Shown here: one piece after another, positions 37,314-51,475 of the stretch
How the letters are laid out: every line of letters starts with the position of its first letter
Numbering within the stretch: position 1 is the stretch's first letter
Made by a program: the position numbers and the translations under genes
The notes under the pieces: model-generated
The model's database searches: none
Seen by the model: only the letters and a program-made list of their open reading frames with translations
Told to the model about the DNA's origin: nothing
NCBI RefSeq assembly: GCF_006345805.1
Contig: NC_043001.1
Coordinates: 52,514,001-52,578,000 of the forward strand
Length of the DNA: 64,000 nt
Reading direction: 5' to 3'
DNA from: Octopus sinensis
Lineage: Eukaryota

Positions 37314-38893
37314 GGTGGGGTGCGTGTATATGTATATAACTGTGTGTATGTATTATTGATAGCTTAATTGCGAATTTTCTGTGATTATTCGCGTAGTAAC
37401 TACAAAACTGCATGAAAATATTCCCCTTCACAGAAAGGAAATCAAACTGAAGACTACCAGCACTTGAAGCACCTGGCGTTTCAATTGATATACCCTCTTC
37501 ATAGCAGCTCCGATGAATCAAAATAATTGGAATTTTTAACTAAACAATGAATGTATGATCATTATAACTCTAAACATAGAGTGTAGTATTTGCAATATCG
37601 GACGCATGTTTATAATAGATCACTTTAATTTAATGTTTAACAACTGATACATATTATCATTAATGCAATATGATCAGTTGTTGGTCTTGCCTTAGAAGTT
37701 TAGCACTATTTACATATTTCAAGATTAAATATTGAATATGAGGACGACTATATAAACAACATTTTCGTAATCCATATAGAATACCCTCTGCGTATAGAAA
37801 CACACACGCAACAACCACGCATCTACACCCCATCCACAAACGTATGCATGCAAGCCTGCATCTATGCACACATATATGGGTGCGTATATATGTATATCTG
37901 TGTGTGTGTGTTTAGAAATTTATATTATGTTGTTTGCATGTATTGATACGATGCTGAAGCTCATGTGTACTTTCATGTTACTGCTGACTGTAGTGTTTAA
38001 TTGGACAAGATATTTCTGATGCAATGATTGCTGCAAATATCCAGGTATACACGCATACGCGCGCGCTCACACACATACATACATATACAAACATACACTC
38101 ACGCACATACGCCCACACAAAAACATTCACACACATACACACGCACATACACGCGCGCGAGCATATTTATATATGTGTGAATCGATTTGTCGATAATGCG
38201 AAGATACGCATATTTGCATTGTAGTATCAAATTCAAATTAAATTGCATGTTACTGATTGGGAACCTCTCCATTTATCAAATAATGACTGAATTAACTGCA
38301 AATAATCTGAACCTAAATTGATATTTAAAATTCATTGAATAGAAACATGAGTGGCGATCAGTCATATCATCATATGTGTATATACACACACACAAACACG
38401 TACCCACCCAAACAGCCACCCAATCAGCTCGCACGCACACACATGGATTGAATTGCATCAAATGAGTCTTTGAATGTCTGGTGGTTTGATGTTTGTGATA
38501 TATACAATTGTGTTTAAATTGTATTAATTTTCTATTCTTTACTTCGTTAGCGGCGATTCTTTTCACAAACATCCAACAAATTTTGTGGCATGCCACTCAA
38601 ATTATCATAAGATAGCAACATTGCCTTGTTGTTAAGTGAAAAATTACGTGTGAAAAGTCAAGATATTTTTAGAAATGTAAATATATACAAGTATTACATT
38701 TCAAATATTTGAAGAGATTCAACGGGCTTTCTGATGTGTGAACTAAAAAACAAATTTCGTTGACATAAACATACAATCTGGATGGAGATAATTTCCTTTT
38801 TGTCCTAAAACTGTTCTTACAATACGATAAAAATTCTAAATATATTGACAAGTACAAATTATTGTCGATATATGAATGTGACATGTCAATATA

Positions 38894-40110
38894 CTGGGGT
38901 TGGACAAAGTAATGGAAACAACTAGCATCATAGCATCATAATTTTAAAATATCGATAAAATCATCAAAGGCTTGTTTATTCTTATATATTTTGACTTGTC
39001 CTTAATGTTGCTTAATATTTTTTGTTAAATTGTTGTTTCTTTTCAGATCTATCGGACTTTCAGAGAGGTCAAATTGTTGGTGCTCGTATGGCAGGCGCTA
39101 GCGTAACAAAAACAGCTGAAATGTTTGATGTATCAAGAAGTATTGTCTCGAAAGTAATGACAGGCTTTCAGAAAGATGGAAAAGTTCCTCGTCTACCAAA
39201 ATCCGGAAGAAAACCAAAACTTTCAGATATGGCCCGTCGACTCTTACGCGAATTGTTAGAAAGGATCACCAAATTACACCTCCCAAAATTACTGCAGAGC
39301 TTAATGACCACCTCGAGGACCCATTTTCCAGAAAAACTGTTTACTGGGAGCTGCACAAAGCCGGATTTCAAGGAGGCTGCAATAAGATATCTATTGCTTA
39401 AAAAAAAAAACGTTGCAAAGCGTTTAGACTGGAGTAAAAATCTACAGAATGGCTCCCTAGATCGGTGGAAGAATGTTATTTTTTCGGACGTGTCATCCTT
39501 TACCTTATTTCCGACCACTGGCCGAGTAAACGTGTGGAGACAGCCAAAAGAAGCATGTAACCCGAACTTCTTCCAACTGTAAAACCTGGAGAAGGATCTG
39601 TGATGATCTTGGTGGCTATCTCTTGGAAATCCGCTGGCTCAATGGTATCCCTTCATGACAGAATTAATAGTTAAGACTATTTAAGCATTTTATCTGATCA
39701 AATTCATCATATTGTTGCGGAACTGTTCTCATAGGGAAACGCAATTTTTCAGGGTGCTGATGCACCAATTCACACAGCTAAATTTGTTACTGAATGACAC
39801 GAGGAACATTCTAGTGAAGTTGAACAACTTATCTGGCCACCACAGTCCCGAGATCTCAATATTATTGTACATTTATATTGCATTTTAGAAAAACAAATAA
39901 GAAGTCGAGATCCTCTACCATCATCACTACAAAAACTGGAGACAGTTTTAGCTGAAGAATGGACAAAAATTCCTTTGGAAACAATTCAAACTTTGTACGA
40001 GTCCATAACTCGTAGAATTAAAGTTGTAATTACACCCAAAAGCATCCTCCCCGATATTAAAATATATTTGTTTGAAATTTTAAGGTATTTCCTTTATTTT
40101 GCCCAAACCC

Positions 40111-40112
<2 letters not shown>
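38894..40112 (+). mobile_element. Full-length decayed Tc1-like DNA transposon
   Basis: TIRs CTGGGGTTGGACAAAGTAATGGAAACA / TATTTCCTTTATTTTGCCCAAACCCTA with TA on both sides; transposase remnants DLSDFQRGQIVGARMAGAS, WKNVIFSD, APIHTA and WPPQS.DLNII. Confidence 0.9.
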
Positions 40113-40169
<57 letters not shown>

Positions 40170-40469
40170 GTGTTATGAACGTTGTAGAGTACAGTATAAA
40201 TAACGTCCACCTTCAGATTTACACTGTGGTATTGTGTAGTAGGATTATACTTACATCCAGTTTCGCGTTTAGTCATCTGTCGTGTGTGTAAACATTGGAA
40301 TCAACAAGATGTACGGTTGGATATTTATTTTTTAATCCCTACAATTCTTTCTACGCTACGTAGTTCTCCAGAAGTGCAGGTACTTGATTATGCAAATGTT
40401 TCCCTGCACTATGTGATCTAGTTCAGTTTCCTCATGTGATATGTAAATATTGTCACTGTAAATTTGAAA

Positions 40470-42110
40470 TCCTCGGCTTCGAGAACATCAAATTCAGGAA
40501 ATACTTAACAAGAGCATGGAACACCAACAAAAATTGGAAAAAATAATGAAGGTTTTTAAAAACGCAAACGGAATCATAGTGCCTGCAGACAAAGCCGGTA
40601 ACCTTTATACTGTAAACACTACACTATATAATAATTTAGTTTAAATAGAAATACTTAGCTAATACAAACTTACACTAATATAAATAACAAAGGATTTGAA
40701 ATAGTAAAAAACTAGAGATAGACGATTAGAGGGAACCATATGTCCTAAGAAAATCTAGGATAAACGTTAAAGACCACAAAAATAACTTCAATAGCTGCCC
40801 TAAATTCAGACTAATATGTCGATCGAAATCGGACATATGATGTATAAGCAAAACTTTATAGATAAAATATTGCTTGAACTCAAAATTAAGATTGGTCTTT
40901 CTTTATGGTCGGACATTCAGTCAGGAAGTAATAGTATAGTTTCAGAAAATGGAAAAAACAAAAAAAAATTTCAAATTTTTAACAATTAGATATAAATGAA
41001 TACTACTCCAAAATCAACCCTATAATACTCAATAAAGGACTCATATTTGCAATGAAAATTCTAGCTTATCTAAGTCAGTTGTAAACATAATATTAACAAC
41101 ACAAGAAACCATTATTAATAAAAAAAAAACTATGGATGAGATCAGATGGAAAGACTTCGTTCGATATACCAATGGGTTCGAACGACTCAAGTCACGGATA
41201 TCGTAGGAAGTTACATCTTACTGCGCATCAAATCCTCATTCCTACAAACAGCGGAGGGTCTATACAGAGAAGATGCCCTTTTCGCAATACTAAAATAAAA
41301 ATCGACAAAAAGAAAAAACTACACAAATTATTTAAACGGTATCTAAAAGTTTCGGCCATATAGAGTAATTATCGTAATGAAAATTTACTTACAAACAGTC
41401 CATACACAAACCGCACGAGCGTCTTATATACATAAATATAAAGTCCAATCATCTATAATCTATAATCAAATGAATAGTTAGGAATATAGCCACCAGAATA
41501 TCACGCCTATCAACCACAAGACAATATTCAACATACATGCACCTTACTACAATGAAGCACTAGCTAGGGCCGGGTATCAAGAAAAAATTAAGTTTCTAGC
41601 CACTTGATCGGGAAAACAAACCTACTATTAAAGCATCCATCAATCCTATTAAATAAAAGAAAAAGATATGTAACAATAGAAAAATAGATTCTAAGATCAG
41701 TAAGATTTATAGTTTATATAATAATTGTAGAGAGATGATTGAGCGGATCATGTCACTCTTTAATGATAAAATAAATACCAATATCTTAGCCATACCTAAT
41801 AATCAAGTCGTGAGTTTGGAAGGCGGAAGAAGAGTAGACAAATTCCACCCTCATATACATAAAAAGTCTAGAAAGAGTAAAATAGTCTGGTATAATGTTC
41901 CTTTCAACTGTTCTATATCTAGCAACATATATAATAAATTTATGGCTATTTTAGATAAAGCTTCCCTGCATCCCATAAAATGTAATAGTTTCCAGTAAGA
42001 CAATTAGAATCTCATATTCTACTCTCCCCAATATAGGTACCATCATAGCTAGCTTTAATAGAAAGAATATAAAATTTGCAAGAGGAATTAATAATAATAA
42101 TAATAATAGA
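40470..42110 (+). pseudogene. Heavily decayed Naiad-like PLE RT
   Basis: IIVPADKAGNLY, VKDHKNNFNSCPKFRLI, LDINEYYSKI, FDIPMGSND, GLYREDAL, KIVWYNVPFN and ISYSTLPNIG across many stops and frameshifts. Confidence 0.7.
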
Positions 42111-42407
42111 ATTCTTAATAACGGTTTAAACCTCACTGATGATGATAACAATAATGGATATGTAGCAACCAGGAACAGCAGAGCTATTATATCTAATATG
42201 TATGATATAAACTGTGACGCCCATGTTTATACCAGCCCAGGTATTACTGACGCAGTACCTGGTGATGCTGAAATGAATTTAAATCATACTATAGTTGCAG
42301 GAAGTAGAAATATTAACAGTAATAATAATGCTGATAATAATTATAGTAGTAGTACTAATGTTAATAATAATAATATAATAATAATAATAATAATAATGAT
42401 GATGATC

Positions 42408-42464
<57 letters not shown>

Positions 42465-43149
42465 GGAATATCAATGGTATTAATAACAGTAATGCTCCCG
42501 GTAGCAATTGTAGAGTAAAATCATATTGCCCGTTATTAGGTCACTGTTTAATTCAAGGCTCCCTGCTTAAGTAAATGGACTCTCTTTAAACAGTTTTTAC
42601 TACTTGAAATCCATTTAACTATTTTCATTTCATTCACCTTCGAGTTGTGCGGATAATACCAGACTGATTTGGTGCTTCAATTTAAGTAGCTAATTCAACT
42701 GAATCTTAATTACTTTCTATATATAAAAATATGTATGTGTGTGTGTGAAATGTGTGTATGTTGAATCTTAATGATCAGCTAAGGAAAATCGCATGTGTAA
42801 CCAACCATGAAAAGCAAATCAGCAATAAAAATAAATAATAAGCCCTTCCTTTTAACACGGCAACCATTTTAACACTACTAGAATCACCATCCCACTACAT
42901 ATACAGATTCAATGCATTTTTTCCAACGGCCCACCTGATATGCTTAATAAATTCGTTGACTTCTTTTTAAGAATATTATATATGTATATATATATATATG
43001 TGTGTATGTGTGTATGTGTGTGTGTGTGTGTGTGTGTGCGTATGTGTATGTGTGTGTGAGTGTGTGTATGTGTGCGTGTGTGTGTATGTGTGTGTGCATG
43101 TGTGTGTGTAGAAGGTTGAAAAGTAACACACGAGTTGATATGTAAAAGA

Positions 43150-43338
43150 AAGATAGGACAAGGTAGAAAATGCTAAAACGATTTTATCATAAGAACATTT
43201 TAGTTTCGGTTTCAGCCTTTGCGACTTTTCAACTTGGAGTAAAGCATGAAAAACAATTAAGTTGTGAAAAAATGAAATGAAATGTTTTTTTTTCTAAAAT
43301 ATTTTCATAGTTTTCAAATAGGTGGGACATTTTCCCTT

Positions 43339-43340
<2 letters not shown>
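43150..43340 (-). mobile_element. Short pLTR-like repeat family E (decayed U3-A8 HHR)
   Basis: Homologous to 49298-49500 and 60390-60600. Confidence 0.6.
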
Positions 43341-43372
<32 letters not shown>

Positions 43373-43495
43373 CTCTCTTACTGAGTTCATTGTTTTAGCC
43401 CCCTGTATTATTTTTGTTTTGTTTAGTGTACAACTACCTCTAAGCATCCTAATAGTTGATGCATGATCCTTATTATTGTTGCTATTTATTATAAA

Positions 43496-43889
43496 CTAGC
43501 AGTATCGCCCGGCGTTGCTCGGGTTTGTAAGGGAAATAATTATATAAGCATTTTTAGAGATGGAAAGTATAATAGCCATCTCAATATGGCTAACCACAAA
43601 GGGGGAGGGGTGTTACTGTAGCTTTTTACGTTCTGAGATTTAATAATACATTTTAGAGAGTTACCTCCCTTATATATGTCAAAAATGGATTAAAAATGGG
43701 AAAAATTGATGGTAATTTTTTTAAAAATCGTAGACTCATCGTAGACGCGCGCTAATACCCAGACGGTCTCGATATGAATCACGACTATAAGATACCCGGT
43801 TTTGGTTAAACTGCACCGCAAAATGTGGGAGTAGTTAGGAATCTAAATCGTAGGAGACAGACACACAACCTCACTTTTATATATAAAGA
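43496..43889 (-). mobile_element. Complete 394-bp non-autonomous Helitron
   Basis: Minus strand: A|TCTTTATATATAAAAG ... hairpin CCCGAGCAACGCCGGG ... CTAG|T. Confidence 0.9.
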
Positions 43890-44119
43890 TTTCCTCTATT
43901 TACATAATATTGAGGTATCTTTCTTTCTTTTGTTATCTTACTGTTTTTACCAATATACATATATATATATATATATATATAATTTTAATCCAAACGGGAA
44001 ACAAAAAAACAACAACAATGGAACAATTACCGTATTATTATTAATAGGCGCTCAGGAAATATATATATATATATAAATATATATATATAATATATATATA
44101 TAAATATATATATATATAG

Positions 44120-44439
44120 TTACAGAGATGTACTTGCATAGCAAGTGACTTGATCTGAGATCGTGTGCTGGAACGAAAACAGTTGCAGCGTTGAAGGTGT
44201 TTATAAGCCATTTAAGAAACACACAAAAACCGTTAGATTCACTTCAACATTTAAATTTAATTTGTCAAAATACTTTCGTCGCTTTGAGACCGCGACCTAT
44301 TCACTGACAAAAATATCGTGCTAACAGGTCGCGGTCTCAAAGCGAGGAAAATATTTTGGCAAATTAAATTTAAATGTTGAAGTGAATCTAACGGTTTTTG
44401 TGTTTCTTAAATGGCTTACAAACACCTTCCACGCTGCAA
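44120..44439. repeat. pLTR-like fold-back repeat (~117-bp arms) with an HHR-like motif
   Basis: 44183-44301 pairs with 44323-44439; (TA)n on both sides. Confidence 0.85.
44261..44311 (-). ncRNA. Hammerhead-like fold with non-canonical GUGAA(U/C)A core
   Basis: Reverse complement: TTTGTCA-GTGAATA-G-GTCGC(GGTCTCAAA)GCGAC-GAAA-GTAT-TT-TGACAAA. Confidence 0.5.
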
Positions 44440-44720
44440 TATATATATATACACATATATATATATATGTATGTATGTATGTATGTGTGTATATGTGTAT
44501 GCATGTATGTGTGTGTGTGCGTGTATGTGCTTGTGATTGTCCTCCACCACTGCTTGACAACGAATGTTGGTTTGTTTACATCCCTGTCACCTAGTGGTTT
44601 GACAAAGGAAACAGATAGAATAAGTACAATGCTTACAAAAATAAAACTGGAGTTGATTCATTAAACTACAATTTTTCAAGGGATTGCCCCAGCATGGCCA
44701 CAGACCAATGGCTGGAAAAA
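44440..44720 (+). mobile_element. SINE family A 3' half
   Basis: GCTTGACAAC, GATAGAATAAGTAC and CCAGCATGGCCACAG. Confidence 0.7.
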
Positions 44721-44804
44721 GCAGAAGAATAAAAGAATACATTCTCTGCTTTGGTCTTATGTTCAAGGCATGAGAAAGCTTGAGTTTACATGAGAAGGCC
44801 TAAC

Positions 44805-45072
44805 AGACCTGGTAGAAACAGCAGCCAAATCTCCCTCAAATCACACCTTACTGTCTTATGTATGTATATATATATGAGCCAATGAGGGGGTCCTCTATAT
44901 GGTAGCTAGACCTGGTAGAAATAGCAGCCAAATTTCCCCCAAATCACACCTTACTGTCTTATCTATGTATATATGTATGTATGAGCCTATGATGGAGACC
45001 CCTACATGGCAGCTAGACATGGTAGAAATAGCAGCCAAATCTCCCTCAAATCACACCTTACTGTCTTATGTA
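44805..45072. repeat. Tandem repeat, ~105-bp unit x2.5
   Basis: AGAC(C/A)TGGTAGAAA.AGCAGCCAAAT..TCACACCTTACTGTCTTAT at 44805, 44908 and 45015. Confidence 0.9.
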
Positions 45073-45289
45073 TGTATATATATATATATACAAGCCACTA
45101 CGGTTATTTAATGTAAAGTCTTCCTCAAATCACTCTCGCTATTTACTCTCTTCCAAGAACATTTTCACTCACTCTTATCTCTTAGCTTGCCATACATTTT
45201 ACTCATGTATCTATCAGCGTGATAGACAGAAACAAATATTACATCGCCATCGCCATCGCCATCGCATTCTATTGTCTACCTGTCAACAC

Positions 45290-45572
45290 ACACACCGTGA
45301 ATTACTTTCATTTTATTCGTTGCACACTGTGTGTGTGCGTGTGCGTGTGGTGTAAACCACATTAAGAAAAGCATTTGACATACACACCAGAATGTGAGTT
45401 TTCTGTAAATTTTGCTTAATTGGAGTTTAAATTTTAAAAACTGGACCTGGCATGACCCGATGCATTCTACTCTTAAAAATGCTAGGTAAATTGTAATTGA
45501 AGAAATCCTATATTGTAGATTTCTATAACTGACAAAGGGAGGCAGATAAAATCTGCCTTTTATGATAAGAGA
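45290..45572 (-). mobile_element. Helitron-like element, same family as 2088-2430
   Basis: Reverse-complement homology, and A|TC start at 45572. Confidence 0.6.
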
Positions 45573-45989
45573 TTATTACAGCTTAATTTACCTAATTTTC
45601 ATATTCTCTTAATTTTACTAAATTATACAATCTCACCTGTCATCTCCCTCTCCCGTTATAACTCCGAAGCATTACATATGTACTTTCTCTTTCTTTTTAA
45701 TTTTAAATAAGTGTTTGTTGCACTCATAGTAAATGCTTAATTTCCTTATGTACTTTATTATCTTAGTTTCAACCCCATATCAGATCCTAGAGTAATAAAG
45801 CAGGTATAAAATATAAAATCTAATAGAATGAATAGCAGGGAGATACATATATAGCTAACTCAAACATTATCTTACAGGTTGTGGAAACGAATTCGGCTGC
45901 TTGATACGTTACTCTCTCCCACCCCTAACATGCTCACTAAGTGCTCTCAAGTTATAACTTTTTTGAATGCCCTACCTGCTATCTAACCT

Positions 45990-47470
45990 TTAAATGGTAA
46001 CTCAGCATACTAGATTTTAAGTCCGCAATCACTGATGTAAATTTTTCTTCACATATTTTCAGACCAATATTAGATGGAATTTTATGAAGGGATTTCGAAC
46101 TCGATCATATTCTCCTGTGTTCAGTGACGGAAAATATATGTTTATATTTTCTTCCAAATTTGTCAAATGTTCAAATGCAATAGGAGTAATTTCTTTTAAG
46201 CAGCTTTTACGTATTAAGGGAATCATTTCAATGTTTCCACCATCAGCTCTATTTTTCCAAATTACAACTTTCTCTTTAAGTGGAACTTGCTTATCTGTCG
46301 AAGTGAGAATGTTTTCATTTCTACCTTGCATACTTGTTTTGACGCTATTAAGTTGTGCACATATCTGTTAAGTATTCCAGCTTAGAAACCCCAAATTCTC
46401 ATTGTAGATATTCCAAGAAAAGGTCAACTTTTTCTTCTTAAAAAATGCATGCATTTTCTTCTGGAGTTCATGTATACCACGTAGCACCTTACCTTTTGAG
46501 AGCCACCTGTCTTTTGAGTGTAAAAGTAAGCGCTTTTGCTGTGAATCCTTATCAGCGCAAACTTGTTCTAGTTAAATATACTTCAACGGCCTACTTTTAA
46601 TATAATTAACCATTTCAATAACTTGGTTTAATACTTGCTTTAACTCAACTGGTATTGTTTTTGAAACTAGTACCTCTATGTAAGAAGCAATGAATACGTA
46701 TAACATCAGGATTTTGTTGTACGAGAGATACAAAACCTTTAATAGATGATGCCCCATCGGTACATATTCCAACACATGAATTCCAGGACAAATTCCATTT
46801 TGCAAGGTAGATAAAATTCCAAAAATATCTTGACCTCTTGTAGTGAGTGTCGTTTCTTCGAAACAAAAGAACTTATTTATGGTTTGCTTACCATCAATAA
46901 AGCGAATAAATTTACTTGCACATTGTTGCTAACGTCACCCACTCATCAACCTGTACAGGAAATTCTGAATTCTGAAATTTGCTCTGTACATTTTCTTCTA
47001 CATCAGCAGATAAATCATAATTCTTCTATGGATTGTATTATTTGAGAGTGGAATCTTGCTTATTTCTTGTACGGCTTCATCACCTAATATGGTTTTAACC
47101 ATCTTTCTACAAGCGGGTAAGATAATCGACTTGGTTAAAATATGCGATTTCGTTTGTTATGTAATAATTTCGGCTATCTCAATAAACGCGACTTGAGCCT
47201 TTTCAGAAGCATTCATCCTTTTTCCAAAATAGTTTGTTTAGATTGCTGTTCTAGCAGGCTTTGGAAATAATTCAAATCTCTACATTGAAGATATGAGTGT
47301 TTAGCAGTAAAATATCTTTTGAACTTGCTAGGCAACATGCCTTCGTTAAACAAATTTTCATCACAAACAACACACAGCGGAAGAGGTTGATCCTCGTTGT
47401 CAGTCCAATGAAACCCAAACTTCAAATAGTTATTGCAATATTTACGATTGCATCGAGCTTTCACATTATT
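45990..47470 (-). pseudogene. hAT (Buster/Charlie-like) transposase, decayed
   Basis: RKYCNNYLKFGF..PLPLCVVC..LPSKFKR (BED-like), CVGICTDGA, IHCFLHR, VNYIKSRPL and RWLSKGKVL. A possible TIR GTGGTCCCCAAAC lies near 48178. Confidence 0.85.
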
Positions 47471-48800
47471 ATCACTACACTTAGTTGCTTTTCACGAACA
47501 ATCACTTTCAGATTCATAGTCGTCACGTTTATGTTTCTTCTTAAACTTTTCCAGTTTATGGGTAATTTAGTCTGTTAATATGAATTGTATCGCTCAGACA
47601 GCACGGATTACAAATAGAGTCAAACTGAGACAATTGACCAGTGAGCTGTGAAAAGTGGCAGCGCGTCACATATTATAGGAATCTTTTGAGAAGTCTTTCA
47701 AAAGTAATTGAACAGATGAAAATTCTCGCCACTATATGAATGAAAATGAAATTGAAATACAGCGGCAATACGTGAGGACGTATTAAAAGATGCTGTTCAA
47801 CATCGTATATTTTAGTTCAATAGTTTATTTTTCACACTTATTGAAATGAAAACCTGTAGCGGTTGCAGTAAAAATAAACCGAAACATAGTCGTACACTGA
47901 ATATGTTCATAGGATAGAGGGATGCTAATTTAGTTCTCATCATATATGAAATTTCAGATTCAAAATTGAATAATAGTGTCATACTATAGTTAGCCTAAAA
48001 AAATTGAATGATGCAACCACCTCTCATTCTTAGTTTAGAACTTAGTATTTAGTTTTTTTGCCTCTTAGGCATTTATATGTGAACTCTCTAGTGAATTTCG
48101 GTTTGTATTTTTCATATAACCCCACTTCTTCGAGGCGCATCTGAGTGCATCTTGCAGCGCACGGTTTGGGGACCACAAATTCACGAGCTTTCACAACACA
48201 CGCACACACACGCACACACGCACAGACACACACAATGACAAATATGCAGATTTGGTGAAAATAGAACTTAAAATATGAGTGTATGTATACTTTTTAGTAG
48301 TATTTAGAAGAAGCAATAATTTTAAAGATTGGTAAGTGCCAACGCACGAACCTCTCGGCTATTGAGACATCGTGTTACTTCTGCTAAATATGAATAAAAA
48401 TATGAATAATTAAATAAAAATATGTATGCTAGTATCTAACACTGACCACGTCAAAACTGCACTGATTGATAAATAATTTTTATGTGTGGGTTGACCAAGC
48501 AATCAATGGTTTCATGTAAAGTGATTTTCGTAATTGCTCAAGCATGCTACATTGAAGTGTTGATATTCGTCTCCATTTTGGATGAGAAGACACATGATTA
48601 CACAAGATTAAAAGGGATTTCGAAATAAATACGCAGATCAGTGTTGGTAACACCTAGTTCTATCATAATTATTATCTCATTGATTTTCGCAAGGAATTAC
48701 GTTCTCCATAGATTAATTCCTTAAATATCTTCTGCGTGAACACTTCTGCACGCTCATACAGATAAATATACATACACATATACATGCATATATATATATA

Positions 48801-49095
48801 TCATGTGATCACGTGACCGACCAGTCTATCAGATGTAGTTACACATCGCTGGTCACAATGCGTTCGCATTGTTTTAGCCTTCCAATGACGCCACCCCGCT
48901 GGCTAAGCGAGCAGGCCAACAGAAGAAAGAGTGGAAGAAAGAGCGGTGAGAGAGTACAGCAGGGATCACCACCCCCTGCCGGAGCCTCGTGGAGCTTTTA
49001 GGTGTTTTCGCTCAATAAACACTCACAACGCCCGGTCTGGGAATCGAAACCGCAATCTTACGACCGCGAGGCTGCTGCCCTAACCATTGCACCTC

Positions 49096-49098
<3 letters not shown>
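48801..49098 (-). mobile_element. tRNA-derived SINE family C
   Basis: Reverse-complement head GTGGAGGTGCAATGGTTAGGGCAGC..GGTTTCGATTCCC; a partial 3' copy lies at 60790-60905. Confidence 0.8.
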
Positions 49099-49164
<66 letters not shown>

Positions 49165-49297
49165 GTGTGTATGTATGTATGATGTAAATATATGCATATT
49201 TATGGGCATTATACTAATACATCTGTTTGTTTTGTATATCACCTGTCTTCGTCTTTTGTTTTTTTTCTTAAACTCTCCCGATATATATATATATATA

Positions 49298-49500
49298 TGG
49301 AAAAAATCAAGGTAGAAAACGCTAAAATAATTTTATGAAAGATATTTCTGTACCGGTTGCAGTCATTGCGACTTTTTCAACTTTAAGTATGGAAAACAAT
49401 TAAATTTTGGAAAAACGAAAAGAAATTTTTTAAAAGATTATTTGCAGGGTATTCAAATACAAGGGACATTTTCCCTGTTTTTGCCTGTCTCTGTCCCTCT
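49298..49500 (-). mobile_element. pLTR-like repeat family E
   Basis: 49345-49385 reverse complement: AG-TTGAAAA-AGTC(GCAAT)GACT-GCAA-CCGG-TA-CAG (A13C). Confidence 0.65.
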
Positions 49501-50039
49501 TGTTTACTCCTGTGGCTTCGCGGTCGTTGTGAAGTTTTGGCAGAGAAGAAGAAGAAGAAGAAGAAGAAGAAGAAGAAGAAGAAGAAGGAGGAGGAGGAGG
49601 AGGAGGAGGGGGAGGAGCAGAAGAAGAAGAAGAAGAAGAAGAAGAAGAATGCGGGAGTGCCATGTTAGAGGATGTTCAATTGTCAGTGCCCTGAAAGTGA
49701 ATAGTTGCGGATGGTAGTAGTGATTGAATTCTTGAGACATCTCTTTTGAATGTATTGTATATATTTGCGTAGGTGTTATCTAAACAGCAGTAGTAGTAAA
49801 GTAAGGAAGGGGGTGGCGGAGAGGAAGAAGACGAAGAAAAAGAATAAAGAGAAGAGAGAATAATAAAGGAATGCAGGATGGTAGGATAGTAGTAGGATGT
49901 TAAATGGTCAAGTGAACTAAAAGTGGTTCGTTGTGGATTATAGCAGTGATTGGGACTGCTCTTTTTAATGAATTCTTGGGTATCTCTTGAATGTATCATT
50001 TTTAATATTTTCGTGTGTGTTTGTGTTATTCTAAGATCG

Positions 50040-51285
50040 TGATGGATATGTCGTTTGTTGTAGATGCGTTCAAAATGGGACCGTATTTTGTCATAAAGAG
50101 AGTCTCTTTACTAATTCGTTGGCTGCAGTTCAGTTTGTGTCGTCCCTGAATTTGTAGAAGGGAAAAATTCTGAAGCTTTGATTTTTATTATTGGCGCAAA
50201 TGTCGATGCGTTGGCTGAATGCTATTTTCCTGTTTTGGTAATTTTGATCTTGGAACTGTGCAGAGCCATCCTTTGATGTAGACAGTTTTTGTTTGGCCTA
50301 TGTATTGCTCTTGACAACCAGAGCAGGTTCTCCGAGGCACATGTGAAGCTGTTTTTCACTGTGAAACGTTTGAAGATGGTGTGCTTTTTGAGGATTGATT
50401 TCATTCTGTAGTCCTTTCTTAGCAGGGGAAATTTTTGAAGGATGGTGTCGAAGGCTTCATTGTTAAAAGGATTGTGTGGGGAGGTGTATGGCAGGGCTTT
50501 TGGTTGTAAAACTTTCTTTAATTTGGGATGTCTGAGTTCGTGGATGTTGAGTTGTAGGACACGTTGAAAGCATATGTCATTTAGTGAAGGTGGGTAGTTC
50601 CTGGTGTATCCTTTAGTTCATATAGTCGTGTGTCTCTGGTGCTTGCATTAGAAACTATAGTACAAATAATTTTTACTATGTTGAAGGGAATATTAATTCT
50701 GGTGTGTTTGGGTGGTATGAGTGGGACGGTAGATATTGCTTGGAGCCCGTGGGCTTATAGTATATATCTGCTTCTATTACGTTGTTAGATTTCTTAATGA
50801 GGATGTCGAGGAAGGTAAGTTGTTGATAGCTATATTGGGAGAACGGGCTGCCGTATTTTTCTAGAACCTTACGATAAAGACTATTTCTAGATATCTCATG
50901 ACTGGGTTAATAAATGAGAGGGCCATTCTAGTACCCACCGCAGTCCCCGATTTTTGTCGATAGAAGTTTTCTTTTAAGACGAAGTAGTTATTCTCCTAAA
51001 TGAATTTTAGCTCTCCTATCACGAATTCTGATTTGATACGATGTTGACGTAATTCTGTAGCCAGAGTTGAATTGCCTCTATTCCTAGGTTGTTGGAGATA
51101 TTGGAATAGAGGTGGACTACATCGAAGGATACTAGTAGGGTATTTTTGTTTATTGCTTCAGGAAGGTGATTGAGCATTTCCAGGTCATCCCTTATATAGC
51201 TCTTGACATACTTGAGGAATGGTTTTAAGAGGGTATCTAAAAAGTTACTGAGGCGGTGTGTTTCGCATACGGGACCCAAAAGACT
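50040..51285 (-). pseudogene. Decayed Neptune-type PLE related to 26752-28980
   Basis: GPVCETHRLSNFLDTLLKPFL, LLVSFDVVHLYSNI, FYRQKSGTAVGTR and FTVKNSFTCASENL; frameshifts and deletions. Confidence 0.85.
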
Positions 51286-51421
51286 TTTTCTATTCCTGAG
51301 CGTTATACTAGTATATGTTTGTTTTGTACACCATCTGTCTTCGTCTTCTGTTTTTGTCGTAAACTCTCCCTATATACATATATATATATATATATACGTA
51401 TATATATAAATGTATATATAT

Positions 51422-51466
<45 letters not shown>

Positions 51467-51475
51467 TATATATAT

